Shown here piece by piece: positions 28,360 to 38,978 of a stretch of 64,000 nucleotides of DNA. The notes below the pieces were generated by a model, which saw only the letters and a program-made list of their open reading frames with translations, made no database searches and was not told the DNA's origin. The first letter of the stretch is position 1; each line of letters starts with the position of its first letter. The position numbers and the translations under genes were made by a program. The DNA comes from Treponemataceae bacterium. Lineage in GTDB: Bacteria > Spirochaetota > Spirochaetia > Treponematales > Rectinemataceae. The stretch is taken from positions 64,001 to 128,000 of the forward strand of contig CAXXGJ010000002.1 in the NCBI GenBank assembly GCA_963677895.2, given 5' to 3'.

Positions 28360-29262
28360 CTATAATCGAGGCGATGGAGTCGCGCGTTTCCACTCGCAGT
28401 TTCGACGGGGCCAGCCTGACGGCGCCCGAGGCGGCCGAACTTGCCGCCATGCTCGAATCCGTCGCCCGGGAGACAGCCCCCTTCGGCAACAGCGTGCGCC
28501 TTACTCTCGCCGGGGGAGCCGAAGTCATGGGCAAGGGGGCCGGGGGCGAAGGAACTACGGGCGACGGCGCGAAACCTGTCAGGCTCGGCACCTATGGCCT
28601 CATTGCGGGGGCCTCGGCCTTCATCGTGCCGGCTGTCCTTCCCGGCGTCGGCGCCATGGAGGACGCGGGCTTCATCATCGAGAAAGCGGTTCTCGAGGCG
28701 ACGGCGCTGGGCTGGGCGAGCTGCTGGATAGGAGGCGTCTTCTCCAGGAGCAAAGCGGCGAAGATCGCCGCGGCCGCCGACGGAGAACTCATACCCGCCG
28801 TCATCGCGCTGGGCAAGCCGGCATCGAAGCGGAGTCTGGCCGACAGAATCGTGGCCGGGGCGGCGAAAGCGCGTTCCAGAAAAGCTCTCGCGGACATAGT
28901 CTTCGCCGCCGAAGGGACTGGATAAAGCCTGGGAAGGGGCGGCCGCAGCCCTGCGGAACGCCCCTTCGGCGTCCAACAAGCAGCCCTGGCGTCTCCTGCG
29001 GCTCGCCGGACGGGACGAGTGGCTCATCTTTCTCGAAGAGGACAGGGTGTACAACAACAGCCTCGGAGCGGTGCATATACAGAATATCGATATCGGCATC
29101 GGGATGCGCCATTTCCATGAAGCGGCGATCGCCTCAGGAATGAAAGGCCGATGGATTCCTCTGCCAGCCGCCGACGACTCGATTCAGCCAGCTCTGCGTT
29201 ATGGCGAAGAAAAAGGATGGATTCCCGTCGCTCTCTGGCGATTTGCCCCGGCGGATTTTTAA
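28356..29262 (+). pseudogene. Two-domain nitroreductase family gene with 1-nt frameshift at ~28914-28917 (or sequencing error)
   Basis: N-half RVSTRSF...LGWASCWIGG; +1 frame continues LDKAWEG..RNAPSASNKQPWR..IDIGIGMRHF to stop 29262. Confidence 0.75.
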
Positions 29263-29334
29263 CGCTATATTCAATTACGTGAATAATAAGCGTGAAACCA
29301 CACGCGCAATAGCGAGCAACCCGGGAGGATTCAT

Positions 29335-29853
29335 ATGATTTCCAGTAAAATGACCGATAGAATCAATCTTCAGATCAACCGCGAAATGTATTCGGCATAT
29401 CTCTATCTCGCCATGGCGGCGAAAATGAAAGAAACCGGATACGCGGGTGTCGCCAACTGGCTTACCGTGCAGTACCACGAAGAAATGTTCCACGCGATGA
29501 AGTTCGTGAAATATCTCGAGGAACAGGGCGCGGCCGTCAAGTATGCCCAGATCGACACGCCCGTCTTCGCCGAGACCGCCATCAAGGAGCTGTTCCAGCA
29601 CATCCTCAAGCACGAGCAGTTCGTGACTTCCAGTATCCGCGAGATTGTCGAGCTGGCCAGGGCCGAGAAGGACTATGCCACCGAGAACCTCCTCCAGTGG
29701 TATATCGACGAGCAGGTCGAGGAAGAGAAAAACGACTTCGAGATCCTTCAGGCCATCGATCTTCTTGGCAACAACGCTCAAGGGCTCTATATGCTCAATA
29801 TCGAATTGGGCAAGCGCGGCAACGGCGCCCAGCTCGACTTCACGAAGATTTAA
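29335..29853 (+). CDS. ftnA: Non-heme ferritin
   Basis: QINREMYSAYLY, EEMFHAMK, HEQFVT, LQWYIDEQVEEE. Confidence 0.9.
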   Translation: MISSKMTDRINLQINREMYSAYLYLAMAAKMKETGYAGVANWLTVQYHEEMFHAMKFVKYLEEQGAAVKYAQIDTPVFAETAIKELFQHILKHEQFVTSSIREIVELARAEKDYATENLLQWYIDEQVEEEKNDFEILQAIDLLGNNAQGLYMLNIELGKRGNGAQLDFTKI

Positions 29854-29896
29854 GCCTCGGGCTGAATCCCGCTCCTTTCATCACCTGTCGAATTTA

Positions 29897-29939
29897 CCCC
29901 GTCATCGCGGCCTGAAAGCCGCGGGCGGGGCTTTTTTTT
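29897..29939 (+). terminator. Rho-independent terminator
   Basis: CCCCGTC..CGCGGC-CTGAAA-GCCGCG-GGCGGGG followed by T8. Confidence 0.8.
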
Positions 29940-29966
29940 GCCCTCCGTTTGCCGTATTTTAGATAG

Positions 29967-31574
29967 ATGCAGGCCATACAATACGTGAGTACGAGAATTT
30001 CTCCAGGCGGCAGGGTTGAAGACCCCGTAGGCATCGAGACCGCGATAGCGCGCGGCATGCCCCCCGACGGAGGTCTTTACGTTCCGACTTCATTGCCTGC
30101 CCTTCCGGGGCGCGTTTTCGACCCCGGCCCCCTTTCCTATACCGAACTGGCCACCATGATTCTGACGCCCTTTTTCCCGGGTTGGGAGGACGGATCGCTG
30201 CGGGCCATCCTCGAAAAAGCCTATGGTTCAAGCGGGAAAGATCCATATTTCGATACGTCCGAGATCGCGCCCCTCCTGCCTCTGGATGGGCTCGACCTGT
30301 CCGGCAACCCGCCGCTGTATCTTCTCGAGCTTTTCCATGGTAGAACCTGCGCCTTCAAGGATATGGCCTTGAGCGTGCTGGGCGGCTTCCTGCGCGAAAG
30401 CCTGGACAGGATGGGGGAAAAGGAACCTGTCCTCGTCCTCGTGGCCACCTCGGGAGATACGGGTTCGGCGGCCCTCGAGGGCCTCGCGGCGGTGGAAGGA
30501 ATCCATACGGCCGTCATTTATCCCGGCGAGGGAACGAGCGAGATACAGCGACTGCAGATGACGACGGCCAGCTTACAGCGGCGTTTCGTCGCCGGCGTGA
30601 AGGGAAATTTCGACGATGCCCAGGGCGCGGTGAAGCGGATATTCGCGCGCGCGGCGCGCGGCGAGGGGCTTTTGGCCGGCCGGGGCCTTTCGTCGGCCAA
30701 CTCGATCAACATCGGCAGACTTCTGCCGCAGATCGTCTATTATGTGGCCGCCTGGAGGGCTCTCGCCGCGCGCGGGGCGCTGGGCGAGGACAGACTCATG
30801 CACGTGGCCGTGCCCACGGGGAACTTCGGCGATATCCTCGCGGCCAAATACGCGAAGGAAATGGGGCTGCCGATAGGCAGGCTCATATGCGCTTCGAACG
30901 CGAACAAAGTCCTCGCGGATTTCTTCGCGACGGGCGTCTACGACAGGCGCCGCGAGCTCGTGAAAACCGAGAGCCCTTCCATGGATATTCTGGTATCCAG
31001 CAACCTGGAGCGGCTTCTTTTCATGGCGTCGGGGAGAAATCAAAAGCGCGTAACGTCGCTCATGCGGGAACTCGCGGCGCGAGGCTGGTTCGAGATAAAC
31101 CAAGCCGAAAAGGCATATATCGCTGACTTCTCGTCGGGATGGTGCAGCGACGCTTCGGCGAAATCGGCCATCGCGAATGTCTGGGAATCCTGCTCGATTC
31201 TCGTCGATCCGCATACGGCGACAGCTCTGGAAGTGGCGATACGCGCCTCTTCGCCGCTTCGCCCTGTGGCGCCCATCGTGGTCGCGTCGACGGCGAGCCC
31301 GTTCAAGTTCCCCCGGGCCTGCCTCGAGGCCTTGAAAGGCGCCACCACGGATAACGGCGGGGCGGAGACGGTGAATGACGACGATGAACGATCGAGCCCG
31401 GTCGGCGATCTGACTCTCGCGGAGGGATTGTCCGCGATGACGGGCTGTTCGATGCCTGCCCCGATACGCGCCCTCAAATCCAGAAGAATCCTGCACGACG
31501 CGTTGATAGCCGTCGACGGCGTGGAGGACGCTTTGGCCGAATACGCGCGCGATAAGATGGGCGCGCGGCCATGA
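29967..31574 (+). CDS. thrC: Threonine synthase
   Basis: DGGLYVP, ELFHGRTCAFKDMAL, ATSGDTGSAA, NSINIGRLLPQ, VPTGNFG. Confidence 0.95.
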   Translation: MQAIQYVSTRISPGGRVEDPVGIETAIARGMPPDGGLYVPTSLPALPGRVFDPGPLSYTELATMILTPFFPGWEDGSLRAILEKAYGSSGKDPYFDTSEIAPLLPLDGLDLSGNPPLYLLELFHGRTCAFKDMALSVLGGFLRESLDRMGEKEPVLVLVATSGDTGSAALEGLAAVEGIHTAVIYPGEGTSEIQRLQMTTASLQRRFVAGVKGNFDDAQGAVKRIFARAARGEGLLAGRGLSSANSINIGRLLPQIVYYVAAWRALAARGALGEDRLMHVAVPTGNFGDILAAKYAKEMGLPIGRLICASNANKVLADFFATGVYDRRRELVKTESPSMDILVSSNLERLLFMASGRNQKRVTSLMRELAARGWFEINQAEKAYIADFSSGWCSDASAKSAIANVWESCSILVDPHTATALEVAIRASSPLRPVAPIVVASTASPFKFPRACLEALKGATTDNGGAETVNDDDERSSPVGDLTLAEGLSAMTGCSMPAPIRALKSRRILHDALIAVDGVEDALAEYARDKMGARP

Positions 31575-32578
31575 AACTCGAAATCAGAGTGCCGGCCACC
31601 ACCGCCAACATCGGCCCGGGCTTCGACTCCCTGGGCGTCGCCCTTTCGCTTTTCAACAGCTTTACCCTGGAGCCCGCCGAAAGCACGGAGATAAAGGGCT
31701 GCGATGAAAAATATGCCGGCCCGGACAATCTCTTTCTCAGGGCGATGCGTCATGCCGGCGGGCTTCTGGGGCGGTCCGTACCCGAAGTCCACCTCGCCAT
31801 CGAAGCGAAGATTCCCGTGGCGCGGGGCTTGGGTTCGAGCGCCGCGATGGTTGTCGGAGGCGTCGCCGCCGCCGTTCTGCTGGATGAACGCAGGGCCGAA
31901 GGCGCTCCGCTCACCGAGGAGGAGAAGCGTTTCATTCTCGACGCTTCCGCGGCCCTGGAGGGACATCCCGACAATGCCGCCCCCGCCATATACGGAGGTT
32001 TTTGCGCTTCCATTGCCCTGGAGGGCGCGCCCGACGGAGATGCGCCTCGGGAAGATGTACTTGGAAGCGGCGCGCCCTCCGGGGATGCGCCTGAAGGGCG
32101 CGCGGCGCTACCGCGCATACTTACCTCGAAGTGCGATGTCGATCCGGAATGGAGTTTCCACGCCCTCATCCCGCCCTTCGAACTTTCCACGCGGAAGGCG
32201 AGGGCCGCCCTGCCCGCCTTCCTGCCCCGGGCCGACGCGGTCTTCAATCTGGGCAGGGCGGCACTCCTCGCCCTCGCCTTCGAGAAAAAGAATGTGGCTA
32301 TGCTCGGCGCGGCCTGCGGCGACAGGATACATCAGCCTTACCGCAAAGCCCTGATTCCCGGATACGATGCCGTGACGGAAGCCTGTCGCGAGGCGGGCGC
32401 CGACGCGTTTTGGCTGTCGGGCGCCGGACCCACGATCCTCGCGCTCACGGCGGGCAAGGAAAACGGCCTGCGTTTCGCCCGGATGATGGCGCCCGTCCTC
32501 GCGTCGCGGATCGAAGGTCCCTGGGCGCACGAAATCCTGTCTTCCGATCCCGAAGGCCTGAGCTGTCGATTTGATTGA
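31571..32578 (+). CDS. thrB: Homoserine kinase
   Basis: VPATTANIGPGFD, PVARGLGSSA, EGHPDN, HQPYR, LSGAGPT. Confidence 0.95.
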   Translation: MKLEIRVPATTANIGPGFDSLGVALSLFNSFTLEPAESTEIKGCDEKYAGPDNLFLRAMRHAGGLLGRSVPEVHLAIEAKIPVARGLGSSAAMVVGGVAAAVLLDERRAEGAPLTEEEKRFILDASAALEGHPDNAAPAIYGGFCASIALEGAPDGDAPREDVLGSGAPSGDAPEGRAALPRILTSKCDVDPEWSFHALIPPFELSTRKARAALPAFLPRADAVFNLGRAALLALAFEKKNVAMLGAACGDRIHQPYRKALIPGYDAVTEACREAGADAFWLSGAGPTILALTAGKENGLRFARMMAPVLASRIEGPWAHEILSSDPEGLSCRFD

Positions 32579-32631
32579 GATGGTCTGAATGAGATGAGAA
32601 GCGCTTCCGTACGGCGCGCGAGGAGAAGTTC

Positions 32632-33411
32632 ATGAAGAAAATGCCTTCGCTGTTCGTGGGTCACGGCTCGCCGATGAACGCGGTCGCCCATAATTCCTAT
32701 ACCGAAGCCTTGGGCTCCTTGGCGGCGGCCTTGCCCGCTCCCCGCGGCATCCTGGTCGTATCAGCCCACTGGGTGACGCCGGGACTGCGGGTCACTTCCT
32801 CCCCCTCGCCCAGGCAGATCTACGATTTCTTCGGCTTTCCCGATGAATTATACAAAATTCAATACGAAACCAAGGGGAGTCCCGAACTCGCCGCGAGGAC
32901 GGCGGAGCTCCTCGTCCGGGCGGGATTTCCCTGCGCGGAAGATCCGGCCCGCGGCATCGACCATGCCGCCTGGGCGGTGCTTCTTCACATGTACCCCAAG
33001 GCCGATATCCCCGTGGTCGAAATGAGTCTGGACTATAAAATGAGAGCCGGACACTGGTTCGAGATAGGCGCGGCGCTGGCCGCCCTGCGGGAGGAAGGCT
33101 TTCTCGTCATGGGAAGCGGAAATGTTGTCCACAACCTGTACCGTTTCGAAGCCGCGATCGACGCGAAGCCCTATCCCTGGGCCTTGAAATTCAACGATAC
33201 GGTGAAGGCCGCCGTCGCCGGAAACGATAGAGCCCGGCTTTCTTCATTCGCGCTGCCCGTGGAAGAATCGCGCGATGCCGTGCCTACGCCCGAACATTAT
33301 CTGCCGCTCCTGCCTGTGCTCGGCAGCATGGGTGAGGGGGAAAAGGCTTCGATATTCCACGAATCCATCCAGAACGCCAGCATCGCGATGACGGGCTTTT
33401 CGATCGGATAG
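32632..33411 (+). CDS. ygiD: 4,5-DOPA extradiol dioxygenase (LigB family)
   Basis: FVGHGSPMNA, SAHW, IYDFFGFP, GIDH, GSGNVVHNL, PTPEHYLP. Confidence 0.85.
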   Translation: MKKMPSLFVGHGSPMNAVAHNSYTEALGSLAAALPAPRGILVVSAHWVTPGLRVTSSPSPRQIYDFFGFPDELYKIQYETKGSPELAARTAELLVRAGFPCAEDPARGIDHAAWAVLLHMYPKADIPVVEMSLDYKMRAGHWFEIGAALAALREEGFLVMGSGNVVHNLYRFEAAIDAKPYPWALKFNDTVKAAVAGNDRARLSSFALPVEESRDAVPTPEHYLPLLPVLGSMGEGEKASIFHESIQNASIAMTGFSIG

Positions 33412-33419
33412 GGGGAGCG

Positions 33420-34115
33420 CTATTTCCTCACGATGACGACGCAGCGTTCCTCGTCGAGGAATGGAACCCAGATCGGCTTGACCTCGGCTCTCGAGAATGG
33501 TCCCGCGAGAAGGGGATCGGTCGCGAGGGCTGCCATCTCCATTTTCGCGTTGAACTGCTTGCCTTTATAGGCGAAAAGGGCGCCGCCTGGAGCCAGGTTT
33601 TTCCATATCGACTTGAAGAGTTTCAGCTCGGTAAAAGGCCTGAAAGCTCTGAATATCACGATGTCCTGGGGGCCTGGCGCCCGTTCGATCTCGCTTTCGA
33701 CGATTTCCACGTTTCCCAGCGAGAGGATTGCCTTCTGGCTTTCGAGAAAGGATATGCGCTTTCCCATGCGCTCGACGAGACGGATCTTCCTCTCCGGCAT
33801 GATGATGCTCAAGGGAATGCCGGGAAGACCCGCCCCGGTTCCTATATCGCTCAACGTCGCCGCGCGGCCTTGGGACTTGTTCTCGGGCGAGTTGTCGCAC
33901 TCTTGGAGCAGGTCCTCAAGGAGGCGCCAGGGCGCGAGACTGTCCAGGATATGCTTTATGACGAGCTCGTCTCCCGAGGAGTTCACGAGTCCGTAGGCGG
34001 GATTCCAGGTTTCGATCTCTCCGATATAGCGTAAAAGCGTCTCCGCTTTCTTGTCGTTGCCGTCGAGGCCGAGGATGGCGAGTCCCCTGACAAGAAGCGA
34101 CTGTGGATCGTTCAT
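33420..34115 (-). CDS. rsmG: 16S rRNA m7G527 methyltransferase
   Basis: WNPAYGLV, KHILDSL, DIGTGAGLPGIPL, FRAF, YKGK. Confidence 0.9.
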   Translation of the reverse strand: MNDPQSLLVRGLAILGLDGNDKKAETLLRYIGEIETWNPAYGLVNSSGDELVIKHILDSLAPWRLLEDLLQECDNSPENKSQGRAATLSDIGTGAGLPGIPLSIIMPERKIRLVERMGKRISFLESQKAILSLGNVEIVESEIERAPGPQDIVIFRAFRPFTELKLFKSIWKNLAPGGALFAYKGKQFNAKMEMAALATDPLLAGPFSRAEVKPIWVPFLDEERCVVIVRK

Positions 34116-34166
34116 AATCTCCATTGTAATCATTTGCCCGATTTTATTCCATTCCGGCGGGGAGGA

Positions 34167-34196
34167 TTGACAAAGTGAGGTCGTTTTCCCGATACT
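34167..34196 (+). promoter_or_regulatory. Sigma70 promoter of pyrG
   Basis: TTGACA 34167-72, 18 nt, GATACT 34191-96, 8 nt before ATG. Confidence 0.55.
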
Positions 34197-34204
34197 GAAA
34201 TCCC

Positions 34205-35824
34205 ATGAAGAAGCTAGTATTTGTCACTGGCGGGGTCTGCTCTTCATTGGGCAAAGGCATCGCGGCCTCGTCGATCGGCGCTCTCATGGAATCTCGCGGC
34301 TTTACCGTCCGTATGGTAAAGATCGATCCCTACCTGAACGTGGATGCCGGGACGATGAGTCCCTACCAGCACGGCGAGGTGTACGTCACCGACGACGGCG
34401 CCGAAACCGACCTGGACCTCGGCAATTACGGAAGGTTCACGTCAGCTCCCCTATCACGCATCAACTCCATCACGACGGGCCAAGTCTACAAGACCGTCAT
34501 CGAAAAGGAACGCGCGGGCGATTTTCTCGGCCGCACGGTCCAGGTCATTCCCCATATAACCGACGAGATAAAGCGCCGCGTCCTCGCCGTGGCCGAAAGC
34601 CCCGATGTCGACATGACCATCGTCGAGATCGGCGGAACAGTGGGCGACATGGAATCGGTGCCTTTCCTGGAGGCCGCACGCCAGCTCATCCACGAATTCG
34701 GCAAGCAGAACGCCATCTCCGTCCACGTCACCCTCGTTCCCTCCGTCTCGGGAGGGGAGATAAAAACCAAACCCACCCAGCACGCCGTCAAGGAACTGCA
34801 GGAAATGGGAATCCAGCCGGACGTGGTCATCCTGCGCTCCAAAGAACCGCTGGACGAGGGCATCCGCCGCAAGATCTCGTCCTTTACCAACGTCGAATTC
34901 GAGGGCGTGATCTCCGGCTACGATGTCTCGACGATCTACGAACTGCCCCTGGTCTACTACCAGTCGGGCATCGATGCCTTCATCCTGAAAAAGATGAACG
35001 TGGAAAGCAGGCACGCCGAACTTTCGGCCTGGAAACAGGTCGTGGAGAAGGTGAAGAAGCCGGCGGCGCAGGTGCGCATCGGCGTGGTGGGCAAGTACAT
35101 GGAGCTTCACGACGCCTACAAGTCAGTCTGGGAAGCCCTTGGCCATGGCGGCATCGCCAACAACGCCGGCGTCGAGATCGTCAAGATCGACTCGGGAAGC
35201 CTGGAAGGACCCGACGCGAAGCTGGACGACATATTCGCCTCGATCGACGGCATTCTGGTGCCCGGTGGTTTCGGCGAACGCGGCATCGAAGGCATGATCG
35301 TCGCCGCCCGCTATGCCCGGGAGCACAAGCTTCCCTATTTCGGCATTTGCCTCGGCATGCAGATCATGGTGATAGAGTATGCCCGCAACGTGCTGGGATG
35401 GACCGACGCCCACTCCACCGAGTTCAGCAAATCGTCGAAATATCCTGTCGTAGCCCTTCTCGAGGAGCAGATCGACGTAAAAGCCTACGGCGGCACGATG
35501 CGTCTGGGGGCGAGCGAGTCGCTGACGAAGGCTGACACGGCTATACGCAGGGCTTATGGCGCCGAACATATCCTCGAGCGGCACAGGCACCGATACGAGG
35601 TGGCCAACGCTTTCAGGAAGGACCTGGAGAAGGCGGGGCTCGTCATAGCCGCGACGACGCCGGACGATAGTCTCGTGGAAGCCTGCGAGTGGCCGAACCA
35701 CCCATGGGGCCTGGGCGTCCAGTTCCATCCCGAGTTCAAGTCGAGGCCCACGAAAGCTCACCCGATCTTCAGGGCTTTCATCACCGAGTGCGCCGCGATG
35801 GCGAAAGCTCGTCAAGCACGCTAA
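34205..35824 (+). CDS. pyrG: CTP synthase
   Basis: [46 protein letters not shown]. Confidence 0.98.
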   Translation: MKKLVFVTGGVCSSLGKGIAASSIGALMESRGFTVRMVKIDPYLNVDAGTMSPYQHGEVYVTDDGAETDLDLGNYGRFTSAPLSRINSITTGQVYKTVIEKERAGDFLGRTVQVIPHITDEIKRRVLAVAESPDVDMTIVEIGGTVGDMESVPFLEAARQLIHEFGKQNAISVHVTLVPSVSGGEIKTKPTQHAVKELQEMGIQPDVVILRSKEPLDEGIRRKISSFTNVEFEGVISGYDVSTIYELPLVYYQSGIDAFILKKMNVESRHAELSAWKQVVEKVKKPAAQVRIGVVGKYMELHDAYKSVWEALGHGGIANNAGVEIVKIDSGSLEGPDAKLDDIFASIDGILVPGGFGERGIEGMIVAARYAREHKLPYFGICLGMQIMVIEYARNVLGWTDAHSTEFSKSSKYPVVALLEEQIDVKAYGGTMRLGASESLTKADTAIRRAYGAEHILERHRHRYEVANAFRKDLEKAGLVIAATTPDDSLVEACEWPNHPWGLGVQFHPEFKSRPTKAHPIFRAFITECAAMAKARQAR

Positions 35825-35922
35825 TAGCGTGTTGACGTTCGCCAAACGCGCTCATAAGCGCTTTGGCGCTCGGCGGGCTTTGTATTGACAGGGCGACGGC
35901 CCCAAACCATACTCAACACGCG

Positions 35923-36558
35923 ATGCGAAGCGAAAATCAGCGCGAAAAAACCTCATCGGCCGCCGATGCCCCTTCGGCAAGGGGCCCGGCGAGGGCGGGC
36001 ATATGCGCCCTGATCCTGGCTTTCGCCATGATGACGCTGGCCGCCTCCTGCTCGATGTCCGAAGCCGAGGCCGCGCTCGCGTTGAAAGAAGACGAACCCG
36101 ATGCCACTTTCCTGGGCTTCAGCCGCGAGGAGGTGGAGAACGGGGTAGTGACTTTTTCGGCGAAAGCCGAACGCGCCGAGTATTTTCAGGATAGGGGCCT
36201 TTTCGTCATCTACAACATTGTTTTCGAGGACAGAGGCCCGGAAGGCGGAAGCGCGGAAGCTACCGGCGAGGCCGGCAAAGCCGTCTACTACGAAGATACG
36301 GGCAACGCCGAATTCTCTGGCTTCGTCCAGATTTACTCTCCCGAAGAAGATACCTATTTCGAGACAAGCGGACTCAACTACTTTTCTGCCACGAGGACGA
36401 TCGAAGGGCTGCCTGACAATCCGGTCATCGTGAAGGTCGGGGAAAAGCTCTTCATCCAGGGAATGGGCTTTTTCGCCGATATACAGGAAAAGGCTTTTTC
36501 CTTTCGCGATGGGGCGCAGGGCGTCTTCCACGTGGATTCCGCCGCCGGTTCACAGTAA
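35923..36558 (+). CDS. lptC: LptC-like LPS export protein
   Basis: Lipoprotein-like N-terminus, beta-jellyroll-like sequence, position before lptA/lptB. Confidence 0.65.
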   Translation: MRSENQREKTSSAADAPSARGPARAGICALILAFAMMTLAASCSMSEAEAALALKEDEPDATFLGFSREEVENGVVTFSAKAERAEYFQDRGLFVIYNIVFEDRGPEGGSAEATGEAGKAVYYEDTGNAEFSGFVQIYSPEEDTYFETSGLNYFSATRTIEGLPDNPVIVKVGEKLFIQGMGFFADIQEKAFSFRDGAQGVFHVDSAAGSQ

Positions 36559-36569
36559 GGAGAAGAACG

Positions 36570-37340
36570 ATGAGGTTTCATGACATAGATACGGGCCGGG
36601 AACGCCAAGACGCCGCGACGGGTAAAGTTCTTGTTCTGGCTGGCTTGCTCCTCGTGCTTCTGGCCGGTTTTCCGGCATTCGCGCAACAAACGCCAGCGCC
36701 AGCAAAAGCTGACACGCCAGCAATAGTTGGCGCGCCGGTAGCCGCAGGCGAGGCGGGAAGTTCCGACACCATCACCTTCACCGCCCGTCGCATGGAAAGC
36801 GTCATCGCCAAAGGCAAGGAAAAGACGATCCTCATCGGCGGAGCCGTCGTCAACACGGGAACCATGGAAATCAAGGCCGAAAGAATAGAACTCTTCGGCG
36901 TAGACTATAACGATGTCCTCTGCACGGGAACGGTGGTCGTTTTCGACGAGTCCAAGGGCTTCCTCCTCAAATCGGCTACCCTCACGTACGCGCGGGATAC
37001 CGAAATCGGCCTCGCCCAGACGCAGGTGGTGCTGGAAGATTCCAAGAACGACGTTCTCCTCAAGGCCGAGTGGGTGCGTTTCGACCAGAAACAGTCCCTC
37101 GTGGACGCGCGCATCGGCGTCCATATCCTGAAGGAAGATTTCGCCGTAAGGGCTGAATTCGCCCGCTACAACCGAGACGACGAGAGCCTCCAGCTCTCCG
37201 GAACCCCCGTGGCCGTTTCTTCCGATGGGACCATAGCAGCCGACGCGATGTCGGGCAAGACCGACAAGGAAAGCATGCAATTGGACGGACGGGTGAGCGG
37301 CACCATAACGACCAAGAAAAAGGAAGCGACGCAGCCTTGA
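36570..37340 (+). CDS. lptA: LptA/OstA family protein
   Basis: ITFTARRM, TILIGGAVV, IKAERIEL, LQLSGTP; synteny. Confidence 0.75.
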   Translation: MRFHDIDTGRERQDAATGKVLVLAGLLLVLLAGFPAFAQQTPAPAKADTPAIVGAPVAAGEAGSSDTITFTARRMESVIAKGKEKTILIGGAVVNTGTMEIKAERIELFGVDYNDVLCTGTVVVFDESKGFLLKSATLTYARDTEIGLAQTQVVLEDSKNDVLLKAEWVRFDQKQSLVDARIGVHILKEDFAVRAEFARYNRDDESLQLSGTPVAVSSDGTIAADAMSGKTDKESMQLDGRVSGTITTKKKEATQP

Positions 37341-38068
37341 ACGATTCCGTCCTCGAAGTGAAGGGACTTCGCAAGCTCTACGGACGCAAGGTGGCGGTGG
37401 CCGACGTGGGATTCTCCATGCGGACTGGGGAAATCGTAGGTCTGCTGGGTCCCAACGGAGCAGGAAAGACCACCGTCTTCTATATGCTCGCCGGCTTTCT
37501 CCATCCTAGCTCCGGAAAAATCGAGCTCGACGGAGCCTCGCTGAACAACTTGTCCATGTACAGGCGGGCGCGGCTGGGCATTTCCTATCTGCCACAGGAA
37601 GCTTCTATTTTTCGCAAGCTTACGGTGGAGGAAAACATCCTCGCCGTCCTGGAGGCGCGATCCGGACTGGATGGCCCCGCCCGCCGCGTCCGAGCGGGGA
37701 TGCTCATGGAAGAGTTCGGCATAGAGAAACTGGCCAGGCAGCCGGGCTACACCCTCTCCGGCGGCGAGCGCCGGCGTACGGAGATCGCGCGCGCCCTGGC
37801 CATCGACCCCAAGTTTCTCCTCCTGGACGAACCTTTTACGGGCATAGATCCCATCGCCATACACGAGATCAAGATAATCGTGCAGAAGCTTTCGGCGGCC
37901 GGCATCGGCGTGCTCCTGACCGACCACAACGTGCGCGACGCGCTGGACATCACCGATCGGTCCTATATCATCCACCTTGGCCGCATCATCGTCTCGGGAG
38001 ACAGGGAATCCATCCTTCACGACGTCGACGCGCGCAATCTCTATTTAGGCGAAGAGTTCCGTATGTGA
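37337..38068 (+). CDS. lptB: LPS export ABC transporter ATP-binding protein
   Basis: GLLGPNGAGKTT, YLPQEASIFRKL, LSGGERRRTEIARALA, LTDHNVRD. Confidence 0.95.
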   Translation: MNDSVLEVKGLRKLYGRKVAVADVGFSMRTGEIVGLLGPNGAGKTTVFYMLAGFLHPSSGKIELDGASLNNLSMYRRARLGISYLPQEASIFRKLTVEENILAVLEARSGLDGPARRVRAGMLMEEFGIEKLARQPGYTLSGGERRRTEIARALAIDPKFLLLDEPFTGIDPIAIHEIKIIVQKLSAAGIGVLLTDHNVRDALDITDRSYIIHLGRIIVSGDRESILHDVDARNLYLGEEFRM

Positions 38069-38173
38069 GCACTCTTTTATAACTTTAAAATAAACGTTGA
38101 CGTCGAAACCCATACATGTTACATTTAAGTTTGCCCGTACGGGCAAGCCCACCATTTTTTTAACGGAAGACAG

Positions 38174-38953
38174 ATGCGGTATTTTGACACTCATGCCCAC
38201 ATCGGGCTGATTTATGATGACCCGATTGAACAACTTTTAGTTTGCCAGCAGGCGAAGCAGTCCGGCGTAGGCAGAATCATAAGCATCTGCAACAGTCTCG
38301 TTGACTTCAAACAGGTTTATGAAAACCTTAAGCCCGCCGAACATGTCTACCATGCCGTAGGCGTTTCTCCTTCCGAGGTGCAGAGCCCCGGCAAGGACTG
38401 GCAGTCCACCATCGAAGAAGCGGTCAAGCTGCCTCGCGTCATAGCGATAGGGGAAATCGGCCTCGATTATTTCCACAAGTACGGCGACAGGCGCACCCAG
38501 ATAGAACTTTTCATCGATCAGCTCGAAATGGCGGCGCGTCTCGATCTCCCCGTGATCATTCACAACCGCGAGGCGGGAAAAGACGTGCTCGAGGTGCTCC
38601 GCGACAGAATGCCGCCGGCGGGCGCCGTGCTCCACTGCTACTCCGAGGATGCCGAGTACGCCGATCGCGTGCTCTCCGCGGGACTCAATGTCTACTTCTC
38701 TTTCGCGGGAAACCTGACGTACAGGAACGCGAGGAATCTGCACGAGACAGCCTCCATGCTGCCTTTCGACAGGATTCTCGTCGAGAGCGAGGCGCCCTTC
38801 ATGGTCCCCGCCGAATACCGCGGCAAACGCAACAAGCCAGAGTTCCTGCCGTCGACGGTATGGTTCCTCTCCGAGATCCTCCAGATGGCGCCGGAAGAGG
38901 CCGCCGAAACCACCTACCAGAACGCCTGCAGATTCTTCAGGCTTGAACCCTGA
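38174..38953 (+). CDS. tatD: TatD family hydrolase
   Basis: FDTHAH, AIGEIGLDY, IIHNR, LHCYS, VESEAPF. Confidence 0.9.
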   Translation: MRYFDTHAHIGLIYDDPIEQLLVCQQAKQSGVGRIISICNSLVDFKQVYENLKPAEHVYHAVGVSPSEVQSPGKDWQSTIEEAVKLPRVIAIGEIGLDYFHKYGDRRTQIELFIDQLEMAARLDLPVIIHNREAGKDVLEVLRDRMPPAGAVLHCYSEDAEYADRVLSAGLNVYFSFAGNLTYRNARNLHETASMLPFDRILVESEAPFMVPAEYRGKRNKPEFLPSTVWFLSEILQMAPEEAAETTYQNACRFFRLEP

Positions 38954-38978
38954 GGATAGGGCGGGGTAGACTGGCGCC

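Noticed and set aside
29268..29285. TATTCA-N6-TGAATA upstream of ferritin as a Fur/PerR box
   Set aside because: Only 6-bp arms and a poor match to known boxes; insufficient support
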